Source: Candidatus Hydrogenedentota bacterium
Lineage (GTDB): Bacteria > Hydrogenedentota > Hydrogenedentia > Hydrogenedentales > JAGMZX01
Assembly: GCA_029556545.1 (NCBI GenBank)
Contig: JAKQEQ010000042.1
Span: 18,729-82,728, forward strand
Length of the DNA: 64,000 bases
Direction of reading: 5' to 3'
Positions within the stretch are counted from its first letter, which is position 1. Each line of letters begins with the position of its first letter. Made by a program: the position numbers and the translations under genes. Shown here one piece after another: positions 31,614 to 42,324 of this stretch. Under the pieces are notes generated by a model. That model was not told where the DNA came from. It did not search any database and saw nothing but the letters and a program-made list of their open reading frames with translations.

Positions 31614-31816
31614 GATGGGTTCACTCCCGCTTCGCCGAGCAGTCTACGGGAAGGACCGCGCGGGGTGTCAAGCAACTCGCACTTATCCGATCTGTCCGAT
31701 CGGTCCGATCAGTCCGATCGGTCCGATCAGTCGGCGGGGGCCCGAAGGCTAATGAACGGTTGACAGTCCCGGAAATATCCCTCTAGAATGGCGCTCTTGT
31801 TTGGGGTTACGACTCT

Positions 31817-33058
31817 GTGCGTATCTTGTTTCTGTGCCAGTACTTCCCCCCGGAGATGGGCGCGCCGGCCGCCCGCACCTTCGAGCATGCCCGGAATTGG
31901 GTGAAGGCGGGCCATGACGTCACGGTCGTCTGCGGCAAACCCAACCATCCCGACGGCGTGGTCCCGCCGAAATACCGGGGTCCCCTCCTCTATCGCGAGA
32001 ACATGGAAGGTATCGACGTGCTGCGGTGCTGGCTGTACGCGACGCCCAACCGGGGCGTATTCAAGCGCAGTATCGCGTTCCTGACGTTCATGCTGTCCGC
32101 GATGTTCTTCGGCTCGTTCGCGTCCGGGAAATCCGACGTGGTCGTGGCGACGTCGCCCCAATTGCTGTGCGCCCTCGCGGGATACGTGGTCTCGGTGCTC
32201 AAGCGCAAGCCCTTCGTCTTCGAGGTGCGCGACCTCTGGCCGAAACAGATCATCGATCTCGGGGCCGTCCGCAATCCGATCATCATCGGCCTGCTCACAT
32301 GGGCGGAGATGTTCCTGTACCGCCGCGCCAAGGCCATCGTCACCGTATCCCCGGCCACGGCGGACGAAATCGCCGCTCGCGGCATCCCGCGCGACAAGCT
32401 CTTCACCGTCACCAACGGCATCAACGAGCGCTTCTTCGCGCCCCGCGGCCGTCTCGGGCCGCTGCGCGACACCTACGGCTGGAACGACGACATCGTCGTG
32501 ATGTACATCGGCACGCACGGCCTGTCTCAGGGGCTTACAACCATTATCGAGACGGCGGAGATGCTCCAGGACCGCGAGGACATTCGTTTTGTGTTCGCGG
32601 GCCAGGGCGCCGAGCGTGAGATGCTTATGGAAATGGTTCACGCGAAGAAACTGCGCAACGTGCAGTTTCTTCCCATGCAAACCAAGGAGAAGATGCCCGA
32701 ATTCTATGCTGCGGCGGACATCTGCCTCGTGCCGCTCAAGAAACGCGACTATTTCCTCTACAACATCCCGTCGAAGATGTTCGAGATCATGGCGTGCGCC
32801 CGGCCCATCATTCTCGGCGTCGAGGGCCAGTCGCTCGAAATACTCAATGAGGCGTCGGCGGGCGTCGCCGTCGATCCCGAAAACGCGCGCGCGTACGCCG
32901 ACGCCATCCGCAAACTGGCCGACGACCCGGAGTTGCGCGCTTCCTACGGCAAGAATGGCTGCGAATATGTCTTGCGCCACTACACGCGCAAGCAGAAGGC
33001 GGAACAATATCTCGAATACCTCCAACGGGTCGTAGACAAAAAGCGCGCCTCGGGATGA
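31817..33058 (+). CDS. glycosyltransferase family 4 (WbuB-like)
   Basis: MRILFLCQYFPPEMGAPAARTFE... N-terminus typical of WbuB/GT4. C-terminal GT1 domain with E-x7-E region (FLPMQTKEKMPEFY..., VPSKMFEIMACARPII). GTG start. Confidence 0.85.
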   Translation: MRILFLCQYFPPEMGAPAARTFEHARNWVKAGHDVTVVCGKPNHPDGVVPPKYRGPLLYRENMEGIDVLRCWLYATPNRGVFKRSIAFLTFMLSAMFFGSFASGKSDVVVATSPQLLCALAGYVVSVLKRKPFVFEVRDLWPKQIIDLGAVRNPIIIGLLTWAEMFLYRRAKAIVTVSPATADEIAARGIPRDKLFTVTNGINERFFAPRGRLGPLRDTYGWNDDIVVMYIGTHGLSQGLTTIIETAEMLQDREDIRFVFAGQGAEREMLMEMVHAKKLRNVQFLPMQTKEKMPEFYAAADICLVPLKKRDYFLYNIPSKMFEIMACARPIILGVEGQSLEILNEASAGVAVDPENARAYADAIRKLADDPELRASYGKNGCEYVLRHYTRKQKAEQYLEYLQRVVDKKRASG

Positions 33059-34938
33059 ACACGCTCCGACGCTATTACGAGACCTTGCGGTGGCTGCGGC
33101 CCCGCCAGGTCCGGGCGCGCGTGGGTCTGCGTCTGCGCCGGGCGACGGACCCGCTGTGTTTCCCGCGGCGGCTCGCCCGCGCGATACGCCGCGAGGGCGC
33201 CCCGCCGGATTTCGCGCCGCACGTGCGCGATGGCCGCCTGGGCGGTGTCGCGGCGCGGCCCGCCCTTGACCCGGAAGCCATCCTCGCGGGCGAGTTTCGA
33301 TACGCGAACGTGACGCGCCGGTTCCCGGACGCGCCGGACTGGCTCTGCCCCGATCCGGCCCAGCGGTTCTGGTACTACAACCTGCATTATTTCGAGTACG
33401 GCCCGGCGCTGGCGCATGCATGGCGCGACACGGGGAACCGGGCCTATCTCGAACGACTGGAGGCGCTCCTGCGTTCGTGGCTCGACGCGAACCCGCCCGG
33501 ACCGACCTTCGCGTGGGACGGCGGCCCCCTTTCCCACCGCATCATCCACTGGTGCGACACGGCCTTTGTGCTTTCCGGCGAATTCAGCGACCGGGCCATC
33601 GCGCGGGCGTTCAAGGATAGTCTGTACACCCAGGCGCTCTACCTCGAAGACCACCTCGAATATCACCTCGGCGGCAATCATCTGCTCGCCAACGGCGTCG
33701 CGCTGCTCCATGCGGGCGCGGCATTCGCGGGACGCGCCGCCGCGCGCTGGCGCGATCGGGGCCTGCGCATCCTTCTCGAAGAACTGGAAGAACAGATTCT
33801 CGATGACGGCGGCCACTACGAGCGTTCGCCGATGTACCACGCGATCGTGCTTGATCAGTGCCTGCGCGCGATGCGCCTGGTCCGCGCGGCGGAAATCCCG
33901 GAGCCGCCGCTATTGCGCCACAAGATCGTCGCAATGGCGCGTTTCCTCGGCAACGTGCGCGCGCCCGACGGTGAAATCCCGCTGCTGAACGACGCGGCCT
34001 TCGGCATCGCGCGTCCGCCCGCCGCCTTGCTCGAAGAGGCCGCGGCGCTGCTCGACGCGCCCGAACTCCGTGACGCGCCCGCAGGCATCGTGGCGCTGCC
34101 CGATACCGGCTTCTACGTCGCGCGGCCCCAGCCGGACGATTTCCTCGTGTTCGACGCCGGCCCCGTCGGGCCGGACTACAACCCGGGCCACGCCCACAGC
34201 GACACGCTTTCCTTCGAGTTGTCCCTCGGCGGACGGCGCGTCGTCGTCGATTCGGGAACGTTCAGCTACGCCGCCGACCCGTGGCGCGAATACTGCCAGA
34301 GCACGCGCGCCCACAACACCGTGATGATCGACGGCGTCGAGCAGACGGAAAAATGGGGACCTTGGCATTTCCGGGTCGCGCGCCGGGCGAAGCCCGCGGA
34401 CGTGGACTGGTACGAACACGAGGGGCTCGTCGTGTTCCAGGGGAGTCATACCGGCTATGACCACCTGCCCGGCGGGCCGCGCCACGTGCGGCGCGTGTTG
34501 CTTATCGAGGCGCGCCACTGGGTCGTCTACGACGAGGTGTGGGGCGCGGGCGATCACGTCGCTGAGAGTTTCCTGCATTTCCATCCCGAGGTGACCTTGA
34601 CCGACGACGGCGCGTCCTGGCGGGCCGATGCGTCCGGCCACGATTTGCGCGTCCTCTTCTTCGGCGAGGGCGCGGTCGAGCGGCTTCCCGCGACGGAGTC
34701 GCCACCCCAGGGGTGGTATTGCCCCGAGTTCGGCCTGCGATTGCCCCAGGCGGTCTTGCGCGCGACGGCGCGCGGCCAGCTCCCGCTGCGCTTCGGCTGG
34801 GCGCTGTTGCCGGGGGTGCAAGAGGCGGAAATCGCTATCGAAACATCGCAGAAATACATCGCCCTGCGGTGCCGTTTCGATGACGCGACATACCTGTTGC
34901 GCCAGACCCGAGGCGGGCGATTCCATCGCGCGCCGTAG
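33055..34938 (+). CDS. heparinase II/III-like protein
   Basis: 627 aa. N-terminal alpha-toroid (alginate-lyase-like) region and C-terminal Hepar_II_III motif [14 protein letters not shown]. Start overlaps the GT4 stop (ATGA). Confidence 0.8.
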   Translation: MNTLRRYYETLRWLRPRQVRARVGLRLRRATDPLCFPRRLARAIRREGAPPDFAPHVRDGRLGGVAARPALDPEAILAGEFRYANVTRRFPDAPDWLCPDPAQRFWYYNLHYFEYGPALAHAWRDTGNRAYLERLEALLRSWLDANPPGPTFAWDGGPLSHRIIHWCDTAFVLSGEFSDRAIARAFKDSLYTQALYLEDHLEYHLGGNHLLANGVALLHAGAAFAGRAAARWRDRGLRILLEELEEQILDDGGHYERSPMYHAIVLDQCLRAMRLVRAAEIPEPPLLRHKIVAMARFLGNVRAPDGEIPLLNDAAFGIARPPAALLEEAAALLDAPELRDAPAGIVALPDTGFYVARPQPDDFLVFDAGPVGPDYNPGHAHSDTLSFELSLGGRRVVVDSGTFSYAADPWREYCQSTRAHNTVMIDGVEQTEKWGPWHFRVARRAKPADVDWYEHEGLVVFQGSHTGYDHLPGGPRHVRRVLLIEARHWVVYDEVWGAGDHVAESFLHFHPEVTLTDDGASWRADASGHDLRVLFFGEGAVERLPATESPPQGWYCPEFGLRLPQAVLRATARGQLPLRFGWALLPGVQEAEIAIETSQKYIALRCRFDDATYLLRQTRGGRFHRAP

Positions 34939-35053
34939 GCCGCAGGTTTGCGGGGAATCGCTCCGGTCTTCTACAATAACGCCGTCTAACCGGTCCGTGG
35001 GTGCGGCTGTCTTTCCCCCAAGTTGTAGCGGATCAAGCAAGAGGAACTGTGCA

Positions 35054-37324
35054 ATGGCTTTCGATTTCGACGTGATTCAAACGGTGTATGGGCGGCTTCC
35101 CGAGCGTGTGGCGGCGGCGCGCAAGCTGCTCGGACGGCCCATGACGCTCGCCGAGAAGACACTTTATGCCCACCTCTGGGAAGGGACGCCGACGCAAGTC
35201 CACACCCGCGGCGAATCCTACGTGAACTTCGCGCCGGACCGCGTCGCCATGCAGGACGCCACCGCGCAGATGGCGCTGCTCCAGTTCATGCAGGCGGGCA
35301 AGCCGAAGACCGCGGTGCCGTCGACGGTCCATTGCGACCACTTGATCCAGGCGGAGACCGGCGCGGCGGCGGACCTCAAGAAATCGCTCGACATGAACCG
35401 CGAGGTCTTCGATTTTCTGGCGTCGGTCTCCAACAAGTACGGCATCGGCTTCTGGAAGCCGGGCGCGGGCATTATCCATCAGGTGGTCCTCGAAAACTAT
35501 GCGTTCCCCGGCGGCATGATGATCGGCACCGATTCGCATACGCCGAACGCGGGCGGGCTCGGGATGCTCGCCGTCGGTGTCGGCGGCGCGGACGCGGTGG
35601 ACGTCATGGCGGGTATGGCGTGGGAACTTAAGTTCCCGAAGCTGATCGGAGTGCATCTCACGGGCCACCTGAGCGGCTGGGCCTCGCCCAAGGACGTGAT
35701 CTTGAAGGTCGCGGGCATCCTCACCGTAAAGGGCGGCACGGGCGCGATCGTCGAGTACTTCGGCGAAGGCGCGGAGAACCTGTCCTGCACGGGCAAGGGC
35801 ACCATCTGCAACATGGGCGCCGAGGTCGGCGCGACCACCTCGACCTTCGCGTTCGACGAGTCGATGCTGCGGTATCTCGAGGCGACGGCGCGCCCGGACG
35901 TGGCCGAGGCCGCGCGGCAAGTGGCCGATCACCTGCGGCCCGACCCGGAGGTGTACCGGGACCCGGCGAAGTACTTCGACCAGGTGATCGAGATCGACCT
36001 GAGCGCGCTCGAACCCCACCTGAACGGCCCCTTCACGCCGGACCGCGCCACGCCGGTGTCCCAGATGCGCGTCGAATGCGAGAAGTACGGCTGGCCGCGC
36101 GCGGTCGAGGTCGGCCTCATCGGCTCGTGCACCAATTCGTCCTACGAGGACATGACGGCGGCGGCCTCGATTGCGCGGCAGGCCCGCGAGAAGAAACTCA
36201 AGGCGAAGGCCGAGTTCACCATCACGCCCGGGTCCGAGCAGGTCCGCGCGACCATCGAGCGCGACGGACTCCTCACGGATTTCGAGGCCATCGGCGGCGT
36301 CGTGCTCGCGAACGCCTGCGGACCCTGCATCGGCCAGTGGGCGCGCCACCGCCACGGCGGCAACGACCAACCAAACACGATTGTCACGTCGTTCAACCGC
36401 AACTTCGCGAAGCGCAACGACGGCAACCCGAAGACGCACGCCTTCGTCGCGTCGCCTGCCCTTGTGACCGCCCTCGCCCTCGCGGGCGATCTCGCGTTCA
36501 ACCCCGCCGCGGACAGCCTGATGAACGAAGAAGGGCATCCCGTGCGGCTCGACCCGCCCGCGCCCGTCGAATTGCCGCCGAACGGCTTCGGCTGCGACGA
36601 CCCGGGCTATGTCGCGCCCGCCACGGACGGTGCCGCCGTCCAGGTGGCTGTGCGGCCCGACTCGAAGCGCCTGCAACTGCTCGAACCCTTCGCGGCCAAC
36701 ACGGAGCCGGCGCTGACCGGGCTGCGGCTGCTGATCAAGGCCAAGGGCAAGTGCACAACGGACCATATATCTATGGCGGGACCGTGGTTGCGTTTCCGCG
36801 GCCACCTCGACAATATCGCGGATAACACGCTCACCGGCGCGATTAACGCCTTCAACGACGAGCCGAACAAGGTCAAGAACCTGCTCACCGGCGAATACGG
36901 CGAAGTGCCGAAAGTGCAACGCGCGTACAAGGCCCAGAGCGTCGGCACAATTGTCGTGGGCGACGAGAACTACGGCGAGGGCTCATCCCGCGAGCACGCG
37001 GCCATGCAGCCGCGCCACCTCGGCGTGCGCGCCGTACTCGTCAAGAGCTTCGCGCGCATCCACGAGACCAACTTGAAGAAACAGGGTATGCTCGCCCTCA
37101 CCTTCGCCGACCCGGCGGATTACGACAGAATCCGCGAGGACGACGTGATCGACATCCTCGGCCTCGATGCGTTCGCGCCCGGCAAGCCGCTCCGTCTCGT
37201 CCTGCGCCACGCCGACGGCACCACCGACGAATGCGCCGTGAACCACACCTACAACGACGCCCAGATCGCGTGGTACAAGGCCGGCGGCGCCCTCAACCTC
37301 ATCCGCGCCGGCGCGGGGGCGTGA
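35054..37324 (+). CDS. acnA: aconitate hydratase (mitochondrial-type/AcnA-like, 756 aa)
   Basis: Aconitase family motifs ([33 protein letters not shown]). Start [10 protein letters not shown] at 35054 inside ORF 34628..37324. Confidence 0.9.
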   Translation: MAFDFDVIQTVYGRLPERVAAARKLLGRPMTLAEKTLYAHLWEGTPTQVHTRGESYVNFAPDRVAMQDATAQMALLQFMQAGKPKTAVPSTVHCDHLIQAETGAAADLKKSLDMNREVFDFLASVSNKYGIGFWKPGAGIIHQVVLENYAFPGGMMIGTDSHTPNAGGLGMLAVGVGGADAVDVMAGMAWELKFPKLIGVHLTGHLSGWASPKDVILKVAGILTVKGGTGAIVEYFGEGAENLSCTGKGTICNMGAEVGATTSTFAFDESMLRYLEATARPDVAEAARQVADHLRPDPEVYRDPAKYFDQVIEIDLSALEPHLNGPFTPDRATPVSQMRVECEKYGWPRAVEVGLIGSCTNSSYEDMTAAASIARQAREKKLKAKAEFTITPGSEQVRATIERDGLLTDFEAIGGVVLANACGPCIGQWARHRHGGNDQPNTIVTSFNRNFAKRNDGNPKTHAFVASPALVTALALAGDLAFNPAADSLMNEEGHPVRLDPPAPVELPPNGFGCDDPGYVAPATDGAAVQVAVRPDSKRLQLLEPFAANTEPALTGLRLLIKAKGKCTTDHISMAGPWLRFRGHLDNIADNTLTGAINAFNDEPNKVKNLLTGEYGEVPKVQRAYKAQSVGTIVVGDENYGEGSSREHAAMQPRHLGVRAVLVKSFARIHETNLKKQGMLALTFADPADYDRIREDDVIDILGLDAFAPGKPLRLVLRHADGTTDECAVNHTYNDAQIAWYKAGGALNLIRAGAGA

Positions 37325-37421
37325 GTTGGCTGCTTTTTGGTGCATTCGTGGTCGGTTAAGCCGCTGCACATAACGTCTCCAAGCGTATAACGCATACTTC
37401 TTCCTCGTCTGCACGAATTGG

Positions 37422-37503
37422 CCTGGATTCCCGCTTCCGCGGGAATGACGGAGAAGAGGGCCAAATTCGCCCCCGGCGTCATTCCCGCGGAAGCGGGAAT
37501 CCA
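37422..37503. repeat. inverted pair of family-A hairpin units (CTGGATTCCCGCTTCCGCGGGAATGAC ... GTCATTCCCGCGGAAGCGGGAATCCAG)
   Basis: Read directly. Same unit as the 6185-6450 array. Gives spurious IPASAGMT peptides in ORFs 37249..37527 and 37418..37627. Confidence 0.85.
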
Positions 37504-37647
37504 GAAAGACACAGACAGTGCCCTCAACCGAACACGAATGCTTTTTGGTGTGCTGTTCCGCTATTACCGCTGGATTGCCGGATTCTTGGCGGAGTCGCGG
37601 TCGAATCGCGGCGTATGTTGCGGATAGCGCGGACGACTTGTTAGCGC

Positions 37648-37860
37648 GCTTCAGCGCGCTCCTCTTTGCACCCTGCTTTAGCAGGGGTGTAGGGGAGTTG
37701 CCTTTCCGGACAGGGCGCTTCAGCGCCGCTTTCCGGATGGCTTCAGCGCTGAAGCGCTTGAAAAGCCGCGCTGAAGCGCGCTCTGGCGGAGGGGAGTCTT
37801 CCTTTCACCCCGCATGAATGCGGGTGCAAAGAGGAGCCCGCCGAGGCGGGCTAATCAGCC
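37648..37860. repeat. multi-hairpin element (family B copy 2): GCGCGC-TTCA-GCGCGC, ACCCTGC-TTTA-GCAGGGGT, GGCGC-TTCA-GCGCC, CTTCAGCGCTGAAG palindrome, plus two further hairpins
   Basis: Same architecture and linkers as 11355-11470 with compensatory stem substitutions. Intergenic between acn and recD2. Confidence 0.7.
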
Positions 37861-38292
37861 CCTGAGACGCCGCAGTCGGCAACAGCGGAGTTGCACCCGC
37901 TTTTTCTGGATGAGAGCGGCCACGACCATCGGCACGTGCCGCATGAGGTTCGGGGAGGGGTGGCGATCCATGCCCGCGAAGTGTGGCCATTCGTGCAAGA
38001 TCTGCAATCTCTCGAGCTACATGCTTTCGGAGCGAATCTGGCCCGCTTTGCAGAGGAGTTGAAGGGGACAAAGCTTCTGGACAGGGATCGCTTCAAATGG
38101 GCGCGGCAGAAGGTTCCGATGCCCGAAGAGTCCCGGCGGAAGCAAATTGCGAGGCCCAACCCGAAGCCGGCTTCGGTTGAACTCGCCGGCGGCGGGGAAG
38201 CAGCGAAAACCTCGCCCGCTTTTGCGCCGCGCGGTGCGGATGCCGTATCGTTTGCTGGGCGTGGACGGGTGCATTTCGAGGGCGGGACGGTT

Positions 38293-40470
38293 ATGAACGA
38301 CGCGGATACGTCGCCGGAGCAAACGGACCTCGAACCCCTCGTGACGATCGAGGGCGTGGTCGAGCGCATCGTTTTCGAGAACGCGGAGAACGGCTATGTC
38401 GTGGCGCGGCTGCGTCAGGAGGGCCGCCCGGACCTTCGCACCTTCGTCGGGAACTTCCTGGCCGTGTCGCCGGGGGAGACGGTGCGCCTGACGGGGCGCT
38501 GGGTGGACGACAAGCGCTTCGGGAAACAACTGCGCGTCGAATCGTTCCAGACGATTCTGCCGGGGTCGGTCGAGGGGATCGAGCGCTACCTCGGTTCGGG
38601 GCTGATCGAGGGGATCGGCCCGGTATACGCGAAGCGGCTGGTCGCGGCGTTCGGCGTCGAGACGCTGCGCGTAATCGACGAGGAGCCGGCGCGTCTGCGG
38701 CGCGTGGCGGGGATCGGCCCGAAGCGGGCGGCGCAAATCCGGGAGGCGTGGGCGCGGCAGAAGGCGATCCAGTCCATCATGATCTTCCTCCAGGGGCACG
38801 GCATCGGCACGGCCCTCGCCGTCAAGATATACAAGCATTACGGCGACGCGGCGGTCGCGGTGCTGCGGGAGAACCCGTATCGGCTCGCCCAGGACCTCTC
38901 GGGCGTCGCGTTCCGCACGGCGGACAAGATCGCGCGGGAGTTGGGCATCGCGGCGGACGCCCCGCAGCGGATGCAGGCGGGGTTGTTCCACGTGCTGCAC
39001 GAGTCCGCGGGCGACGGCCACGTCTGCCTCAAGCGCGAGGACCTCGTGCGCGACGGCGCGGAATTGCTCGGCGTGCCTGAGGCGGTCCTCGACGGGCCGT
39101 TGCAGGCGCTGGTCATGGAGCATTGCGCGGTCGTCGAGGGCGAATGGTGCTTTCAGGTTCCGTTGTACGCGGCGGAATCGGGCTGCGCCGATCGGCTCAA
39201 GCGCCTGGCCGCGGCGAAGGCCGACCTCCCGCCCATCGCGCACGTGGACAACGCGCTGCGCTACGCCGAGCGCGCGCAGTTTATCGAATTGTCGCCCGAG
39301 CAGCGCGACGCGGTCCGTGCGGCCCTCGATGCGAAGGTGATGATCATCACGGGCGGCCCGGGCACGGGCAAGACCACGGTGATCAAGAGCGTCCTGAGCA
39401 TCTACCAGAAGAAGGGCGTCGTCTACCTGCTTGCCGCGCCGACGGGCCGCGCCGCCAAGCGCATGGAGGAGGCGACGGGCCGCCCGGCGCGGACCATCCA
39501 TCGCCTGCTCGAGTACAGTCCCCAGAGCGGCGGATTCACGCGCAACGAGTACAACCCGCTGCACGTCGAGCTGCTGATCGTGGACGAGGCGTCGATGATC
39601 GACATTGCGCTGATGCACCACCTGCTCAAGGCGCTGCCGCCCTACGCGAAACTCATCCTGGTCGGCGACATCGATCAATTGCCGTCGGTCGGGCCCGGCA
39701 ACGTGCTCATGGACCTCATCGCGAGCAATTGCTTCCCGGTGGTCCGCCTGCGCACGGTGTTCCGGCAGGCCGCCGAGAGCGGCATCATCGCGAACGCGCA
39801 CCGCATCAACACGGGGCAACAGCCGGTGTTCAACCAGACGGACTTCTTCCTGATCCAGCGGCCCGACCCCGTCCAGGCCCTCGAAACCGTGATCGAGGTC
39901 GTGCGGCAGCGGCTGCCCCGGTCCTTCGGCCTGAACCCGACCCGCGACATCCAGGTGCTCGCCCCCATGCACCGCGGTGACGCGGGCGTCACGCGGCTGA
40001 ACGAAGCGCTCCAGGCGGCGCTGAACCCAGGCGGCGAACCGATTCCGCGCCGCACTTTCCGGGTCGGCGACAAGGTGATGCAACTGCGCAACAACTACGA
40101 ACTCGAGGTGTATAACGGCGACGTCGGGATCATCACGCGCGCGAACGCGGACGACCGGATGCTCCATATCGCGTTCGAGGACCGCGCAGTGCTCTATGAC
40201 TTCGACGACCTGGACGACCTCGGCCTCGCGTATGCCGCCACGGTCCATAAGTCGCAGGGCAGCGAATATCCCGCCGTCGTGCTCGCGCTCCTGCCGCAGC
40301 ACTACATGATGCTCCAGCGCAACGTGCTCTATACCGCCGTCACCCGCGCCCGCCGCATCGTCGTCATCGTCGGCACGCCCAAGGCCGTCGCCCTCGCCGT
40401 GCGCAACAACACGATCGCCCGCCGCAACACCCGCCTCACCGAACGGCTGCGCAACGTCGGCGGCCTGTAG
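38293..40470 (+). CDS. recD2: ATP-dependent RecD-like DNA helicase (RecD2)
   Basis: 725 aa from MNDADTSPEQ. N-terminal OB/HhH region, Walker A GGPGTGKTT, motif II LIVDEASM, C-terminal SF1B motifs (VHKSQGSEY, YTAVTRAR). Confidence 0.9.
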   Translation: MNDADTSPEQTDLEPLVTIEGVVERIVFENAENGYVVARLRQEGRPDLRTFVGNFLAVSPGETVRLTGRWVDDKRFGKQLRVESFQTILPGSVEGIERYLGSGLIEGIGPVYAKRLVAAFGVETLRVIDEEPARLRRVAGIGPKRAAQIREAWARQKAIQSIMIFLQGHGIGTALAVKIYKHYGDAAVAVLRENPYRLAQDLSGVAFRTADKIARELGIAADAPQRMQAGLFHVLHESAGDGHVCLKREDLVRDGAELLGVPEAVLDGPLQALVMEHCAVVEGEWCFQVPLYAAESGCADRLKRLAAAKADLPPIAHVDNALRYAERAQFIELSPEQRDAVRAALDAKVMIITGGPGTGKTTVIKSVLSIYQKKGVVYLLAAPTGRAAKRMEEATGRPARTIHRLLEYSPQSGGFTRNEYNPLHVELLIVDEASMIDIALMHHLLKALPPYAKLILVGDIDQLPSVGPGNVLMDLIASNCFPVVRLRTVFRQAAESGIIANAHRINTGQQPVFNQTDFFLIQRPDPVQALETVIEVVRQRLPRSFGLNPTRDIQVLAPMHRGDAGVTRLNEALQAALNPGGEPIPRRTFRVGDKVMQLRNNYELEVYNGDVGIITRANADDRMLHIAFEDRAVLYDFDDLDDLGLAYAATVHKSQGSEYPAVVLALLPQHYMMLQRNVLYTAVTRARRIVVIVGTPKAVALAVRNNTIARRNTRLTERLRNVGGL

Positions 40471-40638
40471 CACGACGCGCGTTTGAACCGAACGCAAACG
40501 TTTGCTATACTTCCTCTTCCACGAACGTGTCCGGCACGTATTTTGCCGTGTTTCCGCTGAAGAACCGTGATGGGAATCCGTCCCGCCGCTGACGTATCGG
40601 CGGACGGTGTCCCGGGAAACGAGGTTTAAGAACGACAT

Positions 40639-40902
40639 ATGGCGAATATCAAACAACAAAAGAAGCGAATCGGGCAGGACCGCCGGCGGCGCCTGCGCAA
40701 TATGGACGTGAAGTCGCGGATGCGCACGTTCATCAAGCGCGCGATGACCGCGCTGAACGCGGGTGACAAGGCGACGGCAGGCGTGGCGGTGCCCGAGGCG
40801 GTGACGGCTATTGACCGCGCCGTGGCGAAGGGCGTTATCCACCGCAACGCGGGCGCCCGGAAGAAATCCTCGCTCGTGACGCGCATCAACGCGCTTCAAT
40901 AA
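40639..40902 (+). CDS. rpsT: 30S ribosomal protein S20
   Basis: MANIKQQKKRIGQDRRRRLRNMDVKSRMRTFIKR...AKGVIHRNAGARKKSSL matches S20 along its whole length. Confidence 0.9.
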   Translation: MANIKQQKKRIGQDRRRRLRNMDVKSRMRTFIKRAMTALNAGDKATAGVAVPEAVTAIDRAVAKGVIHRNAGARKKSSLVTRINALQ

Positions 40903-40920
40903 GACCAGTCGCCATCCACC

Positions 40921-40962
40921 GACCGCGAACCCGACCATTGTTCGCGGTCGCGGTGTTTCTTG
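40921..40962 (+). terminator. rho-independent terminator after rpsT
   Basis: GACCGCGAAC-ccgaccatt-GTTCGCGGTC 10-bp stem followed by gcggTGTTTCTT. Confidence 0.5.
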
Positions 40963-41149
40963 CGGCGGCGCGTCCCGCGGGAATCGTGGAGGGGGATTTC
41001 ATGTGGCAAGCCTTTTTGCAGCGGAACAGCCCCCCCCTATCCGTACTCGCCCCGCCGTCTGAGCCCGGCAGCGCGCGGCACACCTCACCCCCCTGAAGTG
41101 GAAATCACGCCCCGCAGCCACGTAAGGGGCAGCGAGTATCCCGACGCGA

Positions 41150-41458
41150 CTACGCTTCGATCCGGCAGTATTCCTGCTCGTACCACTCGCGCCATTGGGC
41201 GGCGTACCGGTTAATCCAGTCGAATACCGCCTCCGCGCCCAAGTCGCGTTGCGCTCTCTCCGATTCGAGCCACTTGTGCTCCTCGATCGCCCGTCGCTCC
41301 AGGGCCATCATGTGCCGCATCCGCCAATCCTTGGCGTGATACCGCAGCCAATCCAAGGCCGCGTAGTCGAAGCCGACATCGCGACCCTCCTGCTGCGACA
41401 GGTGGTACTTGTGTACCTCGATAGCCTGTAGCTCGTCCTGACTGAAATCAACCTCCAT
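41150..41458 (-). CDS. hypothetical protein (102 aa, Trp/Glu/Arg-rich)
   Basis: Clean ORF convergent with rpsT. No family recognised. Confidence 0.55.
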   Translation of the reverse strand: MEVDFSQDELQAIEVHKYHLSQQEGRDVGFDYAALDWLRYHAKDWRMRHMMALERRAIEEHKWLESERAQRDLGAEAVFDWINRYAAQWREWYEQEYCRIEA

Positions 41459-42324
41459 CTGTTGCGTACCTCATGCAGCCTAACCCTGGTCTTCCCGCGC
41501 TCCGCTCTCACGCGCCACTCTCGATTATTATTGACGGATTAAGGCCGGCGGTTATTCATGTTCAACTCCGAGCAGCGCAATGAGCTACACCCAAAATTAT
41601 ACCATAAACTCTTGGCAAATACTGTCATAATTCTGCGAAAATGTCAACCCCTGCCGTCGGGTTGCCCCGCTACGAACCCCGGAAAGGCCCGTAACGAGAC
41701 CCGCCCGCCACCGCCCCCCGGTCCCCAAGTCGATTTCCCAGTCTCTCCGCCGCATGGAACGGAGTCTACTGCAAGAATCGCTGAAAGTCAATAGGTTGGC
41801 GCGCAGTTTCCCGGTTTCGATTCGTATTATTGATTTCATGCGCGCCGTCCCGCAGTCATGGCGGCCATTTCGCAGATGTTCGCGGTCCCGTCGGCTTCGG
41901 TATGTCAAATGGAGCACACGAGCCCTCGGCAACGCGGGCTCAGTACGCATCCCTTTGCGGGACAGTCCCGCGAAACTTCCGCTTCAAGACCACCTTCATT
42001 TCCGCGACAAACGGGCATCGACTTCCGCGTGAATGCGGCCACCGTGAAGTTGTATCTCGCCCGCTTCTTTCGCTATCCTTCTTCCGTGCCGCGTGTGCGC
42101 GCGCCGGCGTTGCGCGGGCGGCGCGCGTGAAGGGTCGGGGGAGGGGATGGCGTTAATTCCCGCAGGAGACTCGGTGGCTAATAGCCGCCATTTCCAGTTA
42201 CGGGCAGAGATTACGGGGGACACATCGTCTCCCGGGTGGCGCGGGGGCGGGCGGAAGACAATTTCGAAAACCGCGACCGATCGCGGTCTTGTGCAGGACG
42301 CTGGGCGCATAGCGCCGGGAGACG

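Noticed and set aside
35033-36919. 628-aa minus ORF antisense to aconitase
   Set aside because: Aconitase motifs are unambiguous on the plus strand.
38017-40938. 973-aa minus ORF antisense to recD2 and rpsT
   Set aside because: RecD2 helicase motifs and S20 are clear on the plus strand. The antisense translation is Arg/Leu-rich with no motifs.
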